A stretch of 62,996 nt of DNA, counting the filler, from Globobulimina sp. (lineage: Eukaryota), in the NCBI GenBank assembly GCA_003354225.1. It is 51 parts of 51 records of this genome, joined end to end, with 100 filler letters (N's around TTAATTAATTAA, not from the genome) between each part and the next. Parts side by side here need not be neighbours in the genome. Positions count along the whole stretch, not along the records: positions 38,363 to 39,499 come from PIVH01022615.1; positions 39,600 to 40,736 come from PIVH01022616.1; positions 40,837 to 41,973 come from PIVH01022617.1; positions 42,074 to 43,210 come from PIVH01022618.1; positions 43,311 to 44,447 come from PIVH01022619.1; positions 44,548 to 45,684 come from PIVH01022620.1; positions 45,785 to 46,921 come from PIVH01022621.1; positions 47,022 to 48,158 come from PIVH01022622.1; 43 more parts are not named here. One strand, 5' to 3'. The notes beneath the pieces are model-generated. The model did no database searches, was not told the DNA's origin, and was given only the letters and a program-made list of their open reading frames with translations. How positions within the stretch are numbered: position 1 is the stretch's first letter; the number at the start of each line of letters is the position of its first letter. The position numbers were made by a program, and so were the translations under genes. Shown one piece after another: positions 38,363-51,100 of this stretch.

Positions 38363-39499
38363 GCAGATTCATCTTTATCGACAGTAACAGCGAATGTTTC
38401 ATCATCATACAATTTAAATGCACAGACTTCCGGTGTCAAATTTGGTGCTGTCTCAATTTTATCATCTAAAAGAAGAGAAGGTGCAGATATTGCATTGCCA
38501 GCAAATAAATTATATATATTAATATTTGAATTATCATTAATGTGAATATTGGCATTAAACCAGACCGAGATTGCCCAAACTAATCCTGTATCGGACACCA
38601 AATGATGAATATCCACATCATTCCTTATATCGACATCTTGACACATTGTCATTGATATTCCCCTCACTCTGTTCACTGTGTAGCCCCATTGATATGGTGC
38701 TTGTTCGTGTCCATTATTTGTATACGCTCCAGGTAAGGTACTGCCTATTTGCGTATGTGAATGGAAATTATGAATATGGATATTATTCAATTCAATGCCA
38801 TTTACACCGTTAAATCTGATACCAATCAATCCTTTGCCGGGATGGATCATAGCATCTGCGGAGCCAACCAATATCGGGGAATATGGCCAAAATGGCCGAT
38901 CTGTGACGGCAAATCGTGTTAAATCACTCATATCAGCGGCACCGCCATAGCAATAATTCCACGACAAATCAAATTTATTAATTAAATGATAAGCCATTAC
39001 TTGAATATCAATAATCTTATTGCCAACATAATGCACTTTGAAATTATCAGCAGAACATTCATCATATTCCTTATATCCGGCATAGTTATTACACATCGAT
39101 ATATATTCCATTTGTTTCGCACCGAATACATGCAACGCATTAACCGGCGCATTCAGCATATTTAAAATTCTCTGCGCATTGCGATCCGTACTTTTATCCG
39201 TTCCCTGATGAAAACCAATCGCTTCCAAGCCACGATGATACAAATCATATATCTCAATATTTTGTAACAACACATCCGATGATTTGACTGCGTCAGAACC
39301 GGTATACCACGCAATCACATTCGCACCAATATAATTCAAAAAAATACCATACACAGTGCCAATCTGCGGGTGTTCAGTGATGAGATAATCCATATTATCG
39401 CTCCATAGTTGTCTGCTATGAACATCCACTGTGTCATCAGAAAGGGGGTCATAATCAGCCTCAGATATGGCATATTTGAAGGATAAATCTAATAAAATA
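38363..39499 (-). CDS. Parallel beta-helix (pectin-lyase-like) protein fragment
   Basis: Repeating I.I.N motifs: LLQNIEIYDL, GIRFNGVNGIELNNIHIHNF, INIYNL. Confidence 0.55.
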
Positions 39500-39649
39500 N
39501 NNNNNNNNNNNNNNNNNNNNNNNNNNNNNNNNNNNNNNNNNNNTTAATTAATTAANNNNNNNNNNNNNNNNNNNNNNNNNNNNNNNNNNNNNNNNNNNNG
39601 GTTTATTATTTTTTTCTATAATCAATATTTCCCCATCATTTTGTGTGTC

Positions 39650-40736
39650 TCATAAAGTGTCAGAAAATGATGTATTTGCAGTGTTTATTGTAGTGACTGT
39701 TGTGTTGGATTCAGTTTCAATGTCTTGAGAGTTATCACGATTATAAACATTTGATTGAAGAATGATTTGTTTTTCATGCATTGGCAAAGAGAGAAAATTC
39801 CATAATAAATGGTCGTTTGATGTAGCATTTGTATGAATTGATTTATATTTTGATATATTACAAGTTTGAGGGAATATCAATTGTAAATTTCCTCGACGAT
39901 TAAATTGATCGCATATTTCTCGTAATAACAGGCAATTATCATTATCAGTCGTTATATATTCGGATTTTAAAGTGTTATCTGTTTCAAATGAACATATTGA
40001 TTCTGCCACAGAGTACTCACATTCATTTTCATTTTGTTTGTGGCCGCTTTTTCTGGCCTTTTGAATGTCGATCGGTTCGATTCCAATGCAATGAAATACA
40101 TCGCACATTAATGTGGACCTATGTAATGTGTACAGTTAATGGGTTTAAAGAGCCAACGACAGAAACCAAACACTTTTTTTCCTTGCAACAAATATATGTT
40201 TCCTCAAACTTAACAAGCCTCATTTATGAAGAATAAAAACAATAAATGCTTTATGGGATAAAACAACATAAAAATATAAAATAACTAAACTTTATTCTTT
40301 TATCCAACGGAGATGACGAACTGAGCGATGGTAATAAATTAACTTCTAATAGCCATGGTTTTAACTTTTCATCCAATAACAAATCAACGCCATAGATTTC
40401 GAAACATTGATCCCATTTAATATTTGCTTGTTTAATCCGCGGGGTTATATTTGCTGAGCTTCCCATCATTGTTTTAATTAAAACATCATTGATCGATTCA
40501 ATTATGTTTGAAACATTTACATTCTTTTCATCCTCCAAATATCTCCATAATTGTTGCAAACCCCACTTAGATTCACTCAAAAACGGATATTTTTCATTCT
40601 TTTTATAATTATTGTCATTGTTTTTTTCATACGAATTGTATTTCTTTTGTATGCTATAATTTGTTAAATGTATTTGTCTATTTCGGAGTGCTTTTGCTGA
40701 CGTACTGTACTTTTTTGTAGAGCATCGCAACAATCC
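39650..40736 (-). CDS. Tubulin polyglutamylase (TTLL4/5-like), 3' part; intron 40119-40290
   Basis: HLTNYSIQK, SKW, CFEIYGVDLLLDEKLKPWLLEVN.PSL, RRGNLQLIFP. Confidence 0.9.
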
Positions 40737-42075
40737 NNNNNNNNNNNNNNNNNNNNNNNNNNNNNNNNNNNNNNNNNNNNTTAATTAATTAANNNNNNNN
40801 NNNNNNNNNNNNNNNNNNNNNNNNNNNNNNNNNNNNCGACTACAGGAGAGTGATTTGCCCAGAACTGGCTGCAAGTCGTCAAATTATTTAGGTTAAATTC
40901 CTTGTTTTTGGTTATTTTTCCAAATGTGCTCATTATTTCAATACAAATATAGTTTAGCAAAAATTTGTTCTCGATAACTAAATATGTGTTGGCGTCAATT
41001 TTTGGAATGTATTTGGTGCCGGAATCACCATCAAATTCTCACCACAAAATCCATTTTTTCTATTCAAACTCATCCATTCCATAAAATCCAAATCCATTAC
41101 ATTATGCTTTGCTGTCGCCACAAGCTTCTAACATATTTATACATTTGATAATTTATTTGTAATTACGAAAGAATTAAAATATATGGATACGCAATGGATG
41201 GCATATTTGCCATATTGGTCGGATATATTTGGATTGAGATCAAAATACAAAGTAAATCAATATGTTGAATTATTATGGAAATTTGAGAAGTTTATTTATG
41301 GGAATAAATATTTACGGATTGAATCATATTTAAGCAAATCAACTGTAGAGCAACGCGATGCGCAGTTACAATTTATTACGAGATGGAGGGATTTAGCGGC
41401 TCGGGATGCATTGAAAAGGGGATTATATCCCATAGATACATGGAAATCTGGGCGGCAATTAGTTGAAGAGGCCTCTTCACAATTTGATATTGGATTAATT
41501 GAGATATTTGAGGATTATTTAAACAAAAAAATCTAACTAGGAAATCGCGATTCGATGATATTGAGGTGCAGTTATTTGGTGATTTAAATAAATTATGTGT
41601 TATAGAAGAAGGGCATTGGGCGACATATATTGTAAGCGCCGACGTGAGAAAATTAAAAGGGGGCAAAGCACTTTGTACAAGTGACCGTAAAGTGCAATCG
41701 TACAAAAAATTGCAGGATTGGTTATGTAAACAATGTCAACCGACAGATTTATTAAATGATATTGAATGAATTAATGGCTTATAATGACTTATTAACTTAT
41801 TTAATTAACTGTTTATGTACTGTTTATGTCTTTCTTTTTTGTTTGTTACTGGTTATGGACTTCTTTCTTATGGTAAACGTTTGAAAACATATACAAACAA
41901 CTCGCACACAAACAGTCACAAACATTTTATTATCTATTTCTTACCGTATAATTATTGCCGTATTTTATTATTANNNNNNNNNNNNNNNNNNNNNNNNNNN
42001 NNNNNNNNNNNNNNNNNTTAATTAATTAANNNNNNNNNNNNNNNNNNNNNNNNNNNNNNNNNNNNNNNNNNNNTA

Positions 42076-42300
42076 CGATTTAACCCAGATTCATACACAA
42101 AATGTAATGGCGTTAAGATTAAAAGTTGTTTTTCATATACACCGAAGCTCGGTAAATTACAAATGAATAAAGACCGCATCGCAGAGAGATTAAAAGTTGT
42201 TCATCAAAAAGTTATGGAGTTTTCTCAATGGAATAATATTCAACATCGTTTCAAAAACAATTTGATATCTTCTGAATATTTGTTCTTTGACGGATATTAA
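42076..42300 (+). CDS. C-terminus of an NCLDV-type restriction-endonuclease-fold protein (not in the ORF track)
   Basis: Manual translation RFNPDSYTKCNGVKIKSCF...ERLKVV...YLFFDGY-stop. Confidence 0.65.
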   Translation, partial: RFNPDSYTKCNGVKIKSCFSYTPKLGKLQMNKDRIAERLKVVHQKVMEFSQWNNIQHRFKNNLISSEYLFFDGY

Positions 42301-42377
42301 TTAATAAGTATTTTAATAAGTATTATATTTAATACTTTTTAAATGTAATTAAGAAAGTAATATTATTATAATATATA

Positions 42378-43210
42378 ATGAAGAGTATTTGCGATGGTAT
42401 AAATAATATTATAGGGCTTTTTGAAAATGTTATTGAAAGAAATGAAATAGCAATTTTTAATAGTGTTAATGTAAATAAAATTCCGAATAATTGGGATATT
42501 GATTATTCAAAAGAAAAACAAGAGAAATATACGAAAGCTTTTCAAAATACAACCGTGATGATTAAACGTGATATGATTTATGAAATCGGGCTTAAATATT
42601 TATGTAAGCGAACTGGCGATATGTACGCCGCAATAAATAAATACGAAGGCTCGGGATGCGCAACTGGGTGGGGGTGTGCGAAGCGTAATCCAAAAACAAT
42701 AGCGCATAGGCATTTTACGAATGTTATTGAATGTTATAATTTTAGTACATATTTATCCAATCGATTCGATGTTAATGAGAGTGATTTGTGGGCTAACCGA
42801 ATGATCGAGACAGGTATTCATGGAGGGAAACATAGTAAAAAAACACGAGATAAATTAAGTGATAAGGGTAAGAAGCGATATGAGCGACCTGGCGAAATCA
42901 AACGAAGTATTGAATCTGCAAATAAACATTATAGAGAACACCCTGAAACGCGCACTAAACAGCATAACTCACATCAAAATAGAAGTATTGAAGCTAAACA
43001 ATTAACGCGCATTATTAAACAAACAGCGCAAATTGAACGATTTAAAAAACAATCGGAGCGCGATAAAATACGTGATTCGCATAATAATAAAAGTGCGAAA
43101 GATAAATTAATAACTTCGCAGAAAATAAGTGATAAGGGTAAGAAACGATTTGAAGATCCCATAGAGCGGAAAAAATTAAGTGATAAGGGTAAGAAACGAT
43201 TTGAAGATCG
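42378..43210 (+). CDS. Putative homing-endonuclease-like protein with NUMOD3-like basic repeats
   Basis: GKHSKKTRDKLS and repeated K(L/I)SDKGKKR(F/Y)E; degenerate IYEI...KYEGS. Confidence 0.55.
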
Positions 43211-43310
43211 NNNNNNNNNNNNNNNNNNNNNNNNNNNNNNNNNNNNNNNNNNNNTTAATTAATTAANNNNNNNNNNNNNNNNNNNNNNNNNNNNNNNNNN
43301 NNNNNNNNNN

Positions 43311-44447
43311 AAATCAACATATTCAATTTGAACCAGTCCGTAAATTAAGTGATCGCAAATCGAATGAAAACGGTAAAAATATGAAGAAATTCTTAAATTT
43401 GTCATATTATAAACGCAAAACAAGTGTTTCTCGGCGTAAAATATCCACAGTTTTAGGGATAAAAACCAACATTATCATAAAGGAAAGATTATTAATTTTG
43501 ATTGGCAATTTAGTAAAATTAAGGGCATCATTCAATGCATTGCAATTTGATTTTGATTTAGAAAATAAATATTTTCAGTCTGTAAATATATGTAATGGGG
43601 CAAATGAGATCCAGTTAGCATTGAAACATTCGGTTACAAACAACAACAATAATAATAATAATACCAAGCGTAGTCCTGATAATGTTCAACACATTGTATA
43701 TCGAAATAATTTGTGCTTTTCAACCAATACAAATACAATGTCAATATCCATTCCTTTGAGCAATAATAATTTTGCCGTTACAGCAATGTTGAAATCAAAA
43801 AAGTTTTATGATGCAATTGATGGAACATTTGAGGAGATTGCACAAGTTTTATCGGAAAAAATAAGTTATTTGATATTGGATGTTATTACGAAAAGTATGT
43901 ATTCCATTTCAAAGAATAAAAATATTAAAGAACATGAATTATTTGAAGGCAATCCGGATGAAAATACAATGAAATCTGATATTTTAGAAAATTTATGTTC
44001 AATTTTAATATCTTGTGATGAAATACCGAAAGAATTAAATGAATTTAGGCATTATTTAATCACTTCATTTTTATCGCATTTGTTTATAGGAATTGAAAAA
44101 CGATTTTTATTGCCAAATTTATTAAGAAATGTATTGGGAACAAATGAAATATTATTTTTAAACAATTTATTAAGAGATTTTGAGAGATTATTGGGTGATT
44201 TTAATATTTTATCAAATGAATCATTATCAAATAATAAATTCATTCAATATCCAGAATTAACGCGAATACATTCGATTATTGTGGTTTATTTATCAAATAC
44301 AAAACAATTAATTCAAACATTAAAAGAAATTATTAAAAATAATCTTGGTTTTGATAAAGGTATTATTGATATTAATTTATTAAAAGATAATGAACAACAA
44401 AGAAGAGAACAGATACCATATATTCAAGCAAATACATTATTGTTATT
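43311..44447 (+). CDS. Hypothetical helical protein, internal fragment
   Basis: Frame open across the contig, poly-Asn. Confidence 0.5.
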
Positions 44448-44547
44448 NNNNNNNNNNNNNNNNNNNNNNNNNNNNNNNNNNNNNNNNNNNNTTAATTAAT
44501 TAANNNNNNNNNNNNNNNNNNNNNNNNNNNNNNNNNNNNNNNNNNNN

Positions 44548-44798
44548 GGAGATTCTAACTCCAAATCAGTGCATATTTCGACTGTCTGCATATATACATT
44601 ATAAATCTCATCACTGTGTTGTTGCGCAAAATCATTCCAATCTGCGTATGAATTGGGATTAATATCACAGCTATCCAACAATTGAGAATGTTGCGAATAA
44701 AGAATGATATTCTGAAGAATGCGTTGTTCGTCGTTGAAATTCCGATTCGCACTGCAACTCAAAAATATAATCAACAAAACTGACGGTAGGAATTGCAT
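44548..44798 (-). CDS. Secreted protein, 5' fragment
   Basis: Signal peptide MQFLPSVLLIIFLSCSA. Confidence 0.45.
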
Positions 44799-44807
44799 TG
44801 CTGAGTT

Positions 44808-45684
44808 GAGTTGAAGGTTTTAATAAGTTTCAAAAAACCTTGCCTTAAACTCTTGATGTTATGTCACAACTTTAGAAAGCTTAAGCAACAAACCTGTGTA
44901 TTTGCACAATTGTTTACCCATCGGATGGCTGCAATGCATGCTTCTAATCATCGGAATGCCGCATGTTCATTCAATTCCAATTCCTTGCTATATTGTGATG
45001 GGTATAATGAAACTCTTTATGATAAAATGAAAAACGATACGCAGCGAACATTATTTTATGCAAATTGTATTGCTAAATATTGTGAAAACAAAGTTGTATT
45101 GGATATTGGCTGTGGCTCATTAGCTTTGTTGGCAGTCATCGCCGCGGAATGTAATGCATCCAAAGTGTATGCAGTTGAAGTGAATGAGGCCGCATTCAAA
45201 AATGCAAAACAACTGATTCAAGCAAAGGGGTTATCGAATAAAATCGAAATATTGCATGGATATTCGAACGACATTGAGTTGCCACAAAAATGTGACATTA
45301 TTGTTCATGAAATAATTGGTGAAATAGCGTCATGTGAAGGAGTTAACGCAGTGATACAATCAGCAAAACGTAAATTTATTCAGACAACAAATACGAAAAT
45401 ATGGTCAATTACGGATTATGTGCAAACTTATCTGCTTCCGGTCGAATTCCCGGATGTTGAATATTGGCAATCTTTAAATGAGAAAGTTATTGCAAACAAT
45501 CAATGCAATACTATCAATTTGTGGTCCTTTCCAGGAACAATAATGTCACATTTTTGTGGTAAGCCATCCGATGGGCAAACAATTGTGCAAATATACAGGT
45601 TTGTCGCTTAAGCTTTCTAAAGTTATGACATAACATCAAGAGTTTAAGGTAAGGTTTTTTGGAACATATTAAAACCTTCAACTC
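44808..45684. repeat. 123-bp inverted repeat pair (44808-44930 / 45562-45684, 7 mismatches) plus a 25-bp inverted copy (45282-45306 / 45535-45559)
   Basis: Direct reverse-complement comparison by eye. Confidence 0.92.
44925..45611 (+). CDS. PRMT-like class I SAM methyltransferase, truncated/rearranged at ~45533
   Basis: M.ND..RT.FY, VVLDIGCGS, VYAVEVN, LPQKCDIIVHEIIG..EG. Confidence 0.85.
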   Translation: MAAMHASNHRNAACSFNSNSLLYCDGYNETLYDKMKNDTQRTLFYANCIAKYCENKVVLDIGCGSLALLAVIAAECNASKVYAVEVNEAAFKNAKQLIQAKGLSNKIEILHGYSNDIELPQKCDIIVHEIIGEIASCEGVNAVIQSAKRKFIQTTNTKIWSITDYVQTYLLPVEFPDVEYWQSLNEKVIANNQCNTINLWSFPGTIMSHFCGKPSDGQTIVQIYRFVA

Positions 45685-46196
45685 NNNNNNNNNNNNNNNN
45701 NNNNNNNNNNNNNNNNNNNNNNNNNNNNTTAATTAATTAANNNNNNNNNNNNNNNNNNNNNNNNNNNNNNNNNNNNNNNNNNNNTAACAAATCAACAAAT
45801 CAAGACACTTTCTATGGAGTTATGTTGACCCTGCAAAACAGCAAAATGCGCAATACTGGGCACACAGCATTTGTTATGGTTGGCAGATCAAATCATGATA
45901 TTGTTTCCCTCCCACCCTCACCAAGGGGATTTATTATTATTTATTATGTATTTGTATTTGTATTTGTATCAAGTATGTTATTTAGTTTTGTGTTATTTGT
46001 TTGTATATGTTGTTAGGTATTAAAGTAATTTTTAAATATAATGTTTCCCCCCCGCTTAGTATTAGTTGTTATTGATAAAGTTTAATCATATCCCAATCAA
46101 TCAAAATTATATATTATTATATTCACAGTTATATTTATTTTGTTTTTCAAAGGTTTTTAATATTAGGAGTATAAATAATCAAAACACAAATAAACC

Positions 46197-46921
46197 ATGA
46201 CGACCTTTGGAAACCCATATGACAACCAATACAAATCATCATCTGTACAAAGTGGCAAATCCAAACGAGCAGCAGAACAGAACCAAAAAGAAGCCCGTAA
46301 ACAGAAAAAAGCAAAATCAAAGGGTGGCAGAGTAGATAAAGGTCGCAAAGGTAGCAAAGCTGGCGGTGGCGGAAGAGGCGGCGGTGGAGGTGGTGGGAGC
46401 AGGACCAATGACCGAGGAGGCGGCGGAGGCGGAGGCGGAGGAGGAGGAGGCGCAGATATTGGTGGTGGATTTCTTGGTGTTTTGCAAGTTATATGTTGTG
46501 CCGCAGCGATTGGCCAATTAATAGTGGGTATAATACATATGGTGAATCTGTTCGAATCATTGGAGAATATATGCGATGAAGACGCACAAACCCTTGACTG
46601 TGTAGGAGGTACGCAAACATAGTATATCCTCGCACTTTGTATAGCATATACACTGTATACACGTACTCAGAATCATTATTTTGGAATGTCGAGGACGCAT
46701 TGGGCAATGAGATATGTTATGGTTCGTACGTAGTATCATATGATGCGTTAACAGGAGAAGTAGTGTATGGCGGTTCTGCGTCGCCGTATGATGTAACAAC
46801 GTGCAATGAAGACAATGTGGGCTATAGTTCCTGGTTGAATTCTGCGTGGAGATCGCAAGTGTTTTCCTTGGTGCCAGACATATTTATGGATAATTGGACA
46901 CCATTAATATTTGGAATAATT
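46197..46921 (+). CDS. Gly-rich multi-pass membrane protein, 5' part; intron 46609-46670
   Basis: Poly-Gly tract, TM helix, in-frame GT..AG splice. Confidence 0.55.
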
Positions 46922-47021
46922 NNNNNNNNNNNNNNNNNNNNNNNNNNNNNNNNNNNNNNNNNNNNTTAATTAATTAANNNNNNNNNNNNNNNNNNNNNNN
47001 NNNNNNNNNNNNNNNNNNNNN

Positions 47022-47830
47022 GTAATTATCCAGTGATTAATGCTATTTGTGGTCATTTATCCAATTCAATATCAATGGTTCCATTTTGGCCGTGGGCCTA
47101 TTCTCATTCGCAACATCACGTATATCATCATCATATTTCTAAAGATTTCTCGTTTGATTGGTTTACCAAAGAATCGTGGCAATTAAATGAAAAAAAATTC
47201 GGCAAATGGTTAATAAACATTTATTTAAGTCCTATATTTCCATTTTTTGGTTGGTATATGTATCTTTATACGAATTATGGCGACGGCAACCATTTTTCAC
47301 CATTTTCACGATTATTTGATAATGTGCGTAATTTAAAGCAGCGATATGTTGAACGAATAAAATGTCTCTTTTCTTCGTTATCAGTGATTGTGTTTTTATA
47401 TTATTTTATTTCAGCGGTTGGGACTTATAATTTTGTGGTAGCATATTTGCCGTGTTGTGCGGTACTTAGCTGTTGGGCGTATATGACGACTTATATGCAG
47501 CATCATGATGAATTTTCACAAACTGGTACCATCGTAATGGACGATTCGACCTTTACATTTTTAGATGGTGCGTTACAAACAATTGATAGGAGGATTGCAT
47601 TGGATGCGATGGTGCATCATATTACGAGTGGACATCTTGTGCATCATTTATATTTCACCAAAATACCACATTATCATTTGATGGAAGCAACATATGCCAT
47701 TCGAGGTTATTTAATGCAAAAATCAAAATACAAATTTACTGATCTTAGCAATGAGTATTTATTTCTCTATTTTTGCAAAATGTATAAAAAAACACATTTT
47801 GTTGCTACTCTAAAAAGTAAAAAGAAATGA
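47022..47830 (+). CDS. Membrane fatty acid desaturase (delta-12/omega-3 type), 3' part
   Basis: His boxes HSQHH and HLVHH, TYMQH, TIDR, IPHYHL.EAT. Confidence 0.92.
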
Positions 47831-47921
47831 AATTAACAAAAAAATAGTATCATTTGTATAGTCGTAATAACTAATAATATAATTAATTATTAATTTTTAT
47901 CGTTTATATTTGTACAGTACA

Positions 47922-47961
47922 GTTGAAAACCACTCTAGCTAACCCAAAAACCTTGCCAATC
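47922..47961. repeat. Solo arm of the 19527-19707 palindromic element
   Basis: gttgaaaaccactctagctaacccaaaa..ttgccaatc. Confidence 0.8.
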
Positions 47962-48439
47962 ACAAAAGAAGTGTTTAGAAGTTTAAGCCTAAAAAGTCAA
48001 GCACATTGATTTATATATCCTTGCACAGCACAGAAAACGTTTCAAAATTGATCACTGAAAACGTTTCAAAGGTGTTTGAAAAAAAAAAAACAATTTAGAA
48101 ACATAACAAGTTGTACAAAAAAACAAAACAACAAAAAATCTTTAGATACTTTCTACGANNNNNNNNNNNNNNNNNNNNNNNNNNNNNNNNNNNNNNNNNN
48201 NNTTAATTAATTAANNNNNNNNNNNNNNNNNNNNNNNNNNNNNNNNNNNNNNNNNNNNAACGTCCAGTGTTTTTTGGTAAGAATCAATTGCCTGTTCAGT
48301 CTCGTGTACGTGTATTTTTGATGTTTTTTTATGAAGATGTTGTCGTTCCAATGTTTTTTGAAAGTTTTGCAATTTGTTATACTGAAGTAATTCACCACAA
48401 TCTTCTTGGAACTCAACAGATTTGTACAAATTGTATAAA

Positions 48440-48703
48440 ATGGGAAATAAAAATAGTAACAAAAAAGGTTCAAAACTAAATGAACAAACACCCGCAGTAC
48501 CAAAAAACGCATCATTTAGTAAATCAATTAAAGAAGCCCAAGAATGTTTAGATTATCAAAAAGTGTTAGCTAAAGGTATAAATAAAGGTGTGACTAAAAC
48601 AGCAGTAGTCATACAAAATATAAATGAAAAGGAAGCAATAGGAAATGAAAAAGGTATATTTGGAAGAAATAATGTTAAAATTGTATGGGATGCTCCTAAA
48701 TAA
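48440..48703 (+). CDS. Small basic protein with a possible N-myristoylation motif (MGNKNS)
   Basis: MGxxxS start, 87 aa. Confidence 0.35.
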   Translation: MGNKNSNKKGSKLNEQTPAVPKNASFSKSIKEAQECLDYQKVLAKGINKGVTKTAVVIQNINEKEAIGNEKGIFGRNNVKIVWDAPK

Positions 48704-49495
48704 ACAGTGTTGTTCAATGTTTTCTATTTGTATCTTATGCTGTTATACAACACATTTTACTTATGTTCAATTATTATAACTATTACTTATTCTTAATTTC
48801 TGTATGAATTTCATCCAGCTACATTTGGCTGTTTGTAAATCATAGTATCGGATTAACACTTTAATATTAGGCAGTATGCAAAAACGATTAGCATTGATAA
48901 ATGATGGTCGTTTTTGTATAAGTACTACATATTCTGTATCCGTTTGAGAAATCATATTGCCAAAAAACATAAATTTTTAGTGTATAGTCAGCATTGGGAG
49001 CAACAGTCTGCGTATAAATTAAATCATCAACTCATTCTATGGCACTTCAGAAGAACTATTGTCAATAATCTCATCAAACACAGTAACAATTTTTTGATCC
49101 TCATTCTCCGACTGTAATATAACTAATATTTCAGAGTCATCCATTCTATTTTTCTCGTTGCTTAACTTGACAGTCTTTATTCCTGCATTCTCATTATCCG
49201 TTGGTAACTTTCTGGTTTTATCTGGTGATGAATTTTGAATTTCTTTTTCTAACATTTGAACATCATTCATTTTATTGTCGGAGTTATTTGCTTTTGATAG
49301 CCCAAATTGTGTATGATAATAATCATTATAATCCATAATTGTCAGTGTTGAAGGTGTAATGTAATATATAATGCACAAAATTACTTGAACAGATANNNNN
49401 NNNNNNNNNNNNNNNNNNNNNNNNNNNNNNNNNNNNNNNTTAATTAATTAANNNNNNNNNNNNNNNNNNNNNNNNNNNNNNNNNNNNNNNNNNNN

Positions 49496-50560
49496 AACAG
49501 TGCGCAATATGTGACTTACAACGATAACAAAGATAACTCTCAATTTGTAGCAATGTGGCATTATATTCACGAGTCAGATTTCAATGAATTATCGCCAGCG
49601 TTACAGACTAGAAAACTGCACGAATTATTTCGATATAAATACAATGACATTGTGATTGAAAGAATGAAGAATGGAAATGCTAAGACGCCGACAGGTAATC
49701 TCCATTTATTTGTTGTACATATCCCCAAAATACGTAGTCTCAAAAACGTTTTATAGACTATGAGCTGGCAGTAATTATGACAGATTTATATAACTCGTGG
49801 CATCAAAGCGAAGTAAATTTCATCCAAATTGGAGCTTGCGATGGAAATTGGAAGCAATCAAACGATCCCATACAGAAACTGGTGTTAACCAAACCAAATT
49901 GGCATGGCGTTATGATGGAACCTGTTCCATTTTTGTTTGAAACGTTACAGGAAAACATTGCAAAGGATGTGGTTGAATATCAACACAGAATTGTTGCCAT
50001 TAATGCTGCTTTGAGGTATGATGAAAGTGGGACGTTTTGGAAATAATATGTTTGCACTGATGTTATATGTAAATCTATAAAGTGATGAGGATGGAACGCA
50101 AATCTTTTATATTGTGAATGAACATTTTGGTGAAGAATTGCCGAATGAATCGCATGCATTGAAGTATCAGATTGGGAGTTTCAACAAAGAGCACATTGTG
50201 AAACATATTGGGATAAAAAGAGAGAGAGGACAGTTGTCGCAGGAATTGGATCATTATATTTCTGCGATTAATGTAAAATCAATGACGCCCAACAGTGTGC
50301 TGCAAATATTTAAAGAGAGTGGCAAGGCGGCGAGAGATGGAGCCATTGATGTGTTGAGTATTGATGCGGAAGGATATGATTATGTGGTTTTGAAACAGTT
50401 TTTAGATAATACCAGCATACGACCCTTGTTGATTATGTATGAAAACTTGCATTTGAGTGCGGAGCATAAACAGTTTGCCATTGATAGTTTGCGAGAACAC
50501 GGATACATGGTTTTTGGTATTGGTTGGAATACATTGGGTGTGCGGGTTGCAAATATATAG
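49496..50560 (+). CDS. FkbM-family methyltransferase, 3' part; introns 49695-49756 and 50016-50082
   Basis: FIQIGACDG, GVMMEPVP, INAALS, IDVLSIDAEGYD..L, IMYE..H. Confidence 0.87.
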
Positions 50561-51100
50561 ACTTTCTAGTCGGAGATGCATTGCATTGTTTGATTGCATT
50601 GGTCCATTATTTTGTTTGTTAAACAACTTCAANNNNNNNNNNNNNNNNNNNNNNNNNNNNNNNNNNNNNNNNNNNNTTAATTAATTAANNNNNNNNNNNN
50701 NNNNNNNNNNNNNNNNNNNNNNNNNNNNNNNNCGGAATCCCCTGGTATTACCGCCTGTTTGGTTATGAAATGACTCTTCAACTGCATGGCGGTCGCAGCG
50801 GCGCAGTTTCGGGGATTCCTAAACTAAAGAAAGATGTAGAGTGGATGATTCAAGTTGCTATTGACAACAAAAAAATCTTAGAGTATATACCTGACTCTGT
50901 TGAATGTCTTATTATTCAAGAGTACTATGAATTAAATAAAAATTCAGACTTAAATTTAGTTTGGAATGGAAAAATTGTGAAGTTTTTGTCGGAAGATGAA
51001 ATCATAAAACAAAACATAAAGGATTATATTATAATAGAAAAAATTAATGTTGGACTTCATTCTGCTACTGTATACTTTCAGATGATGCCAGAATTCTGGA

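Noticed and set aside
40837-41769. Possible kinase-like gene in several short frames
   Set aside because: Could not build a consistent spliced model or identify convincing motifs
42318-42337. Mimivirus-type polyadenylation hairpin AAGTATTA-tatt-TAATACTT
   Set aside because: Only an 8-bp AT-rich stem, which is plausible by chance
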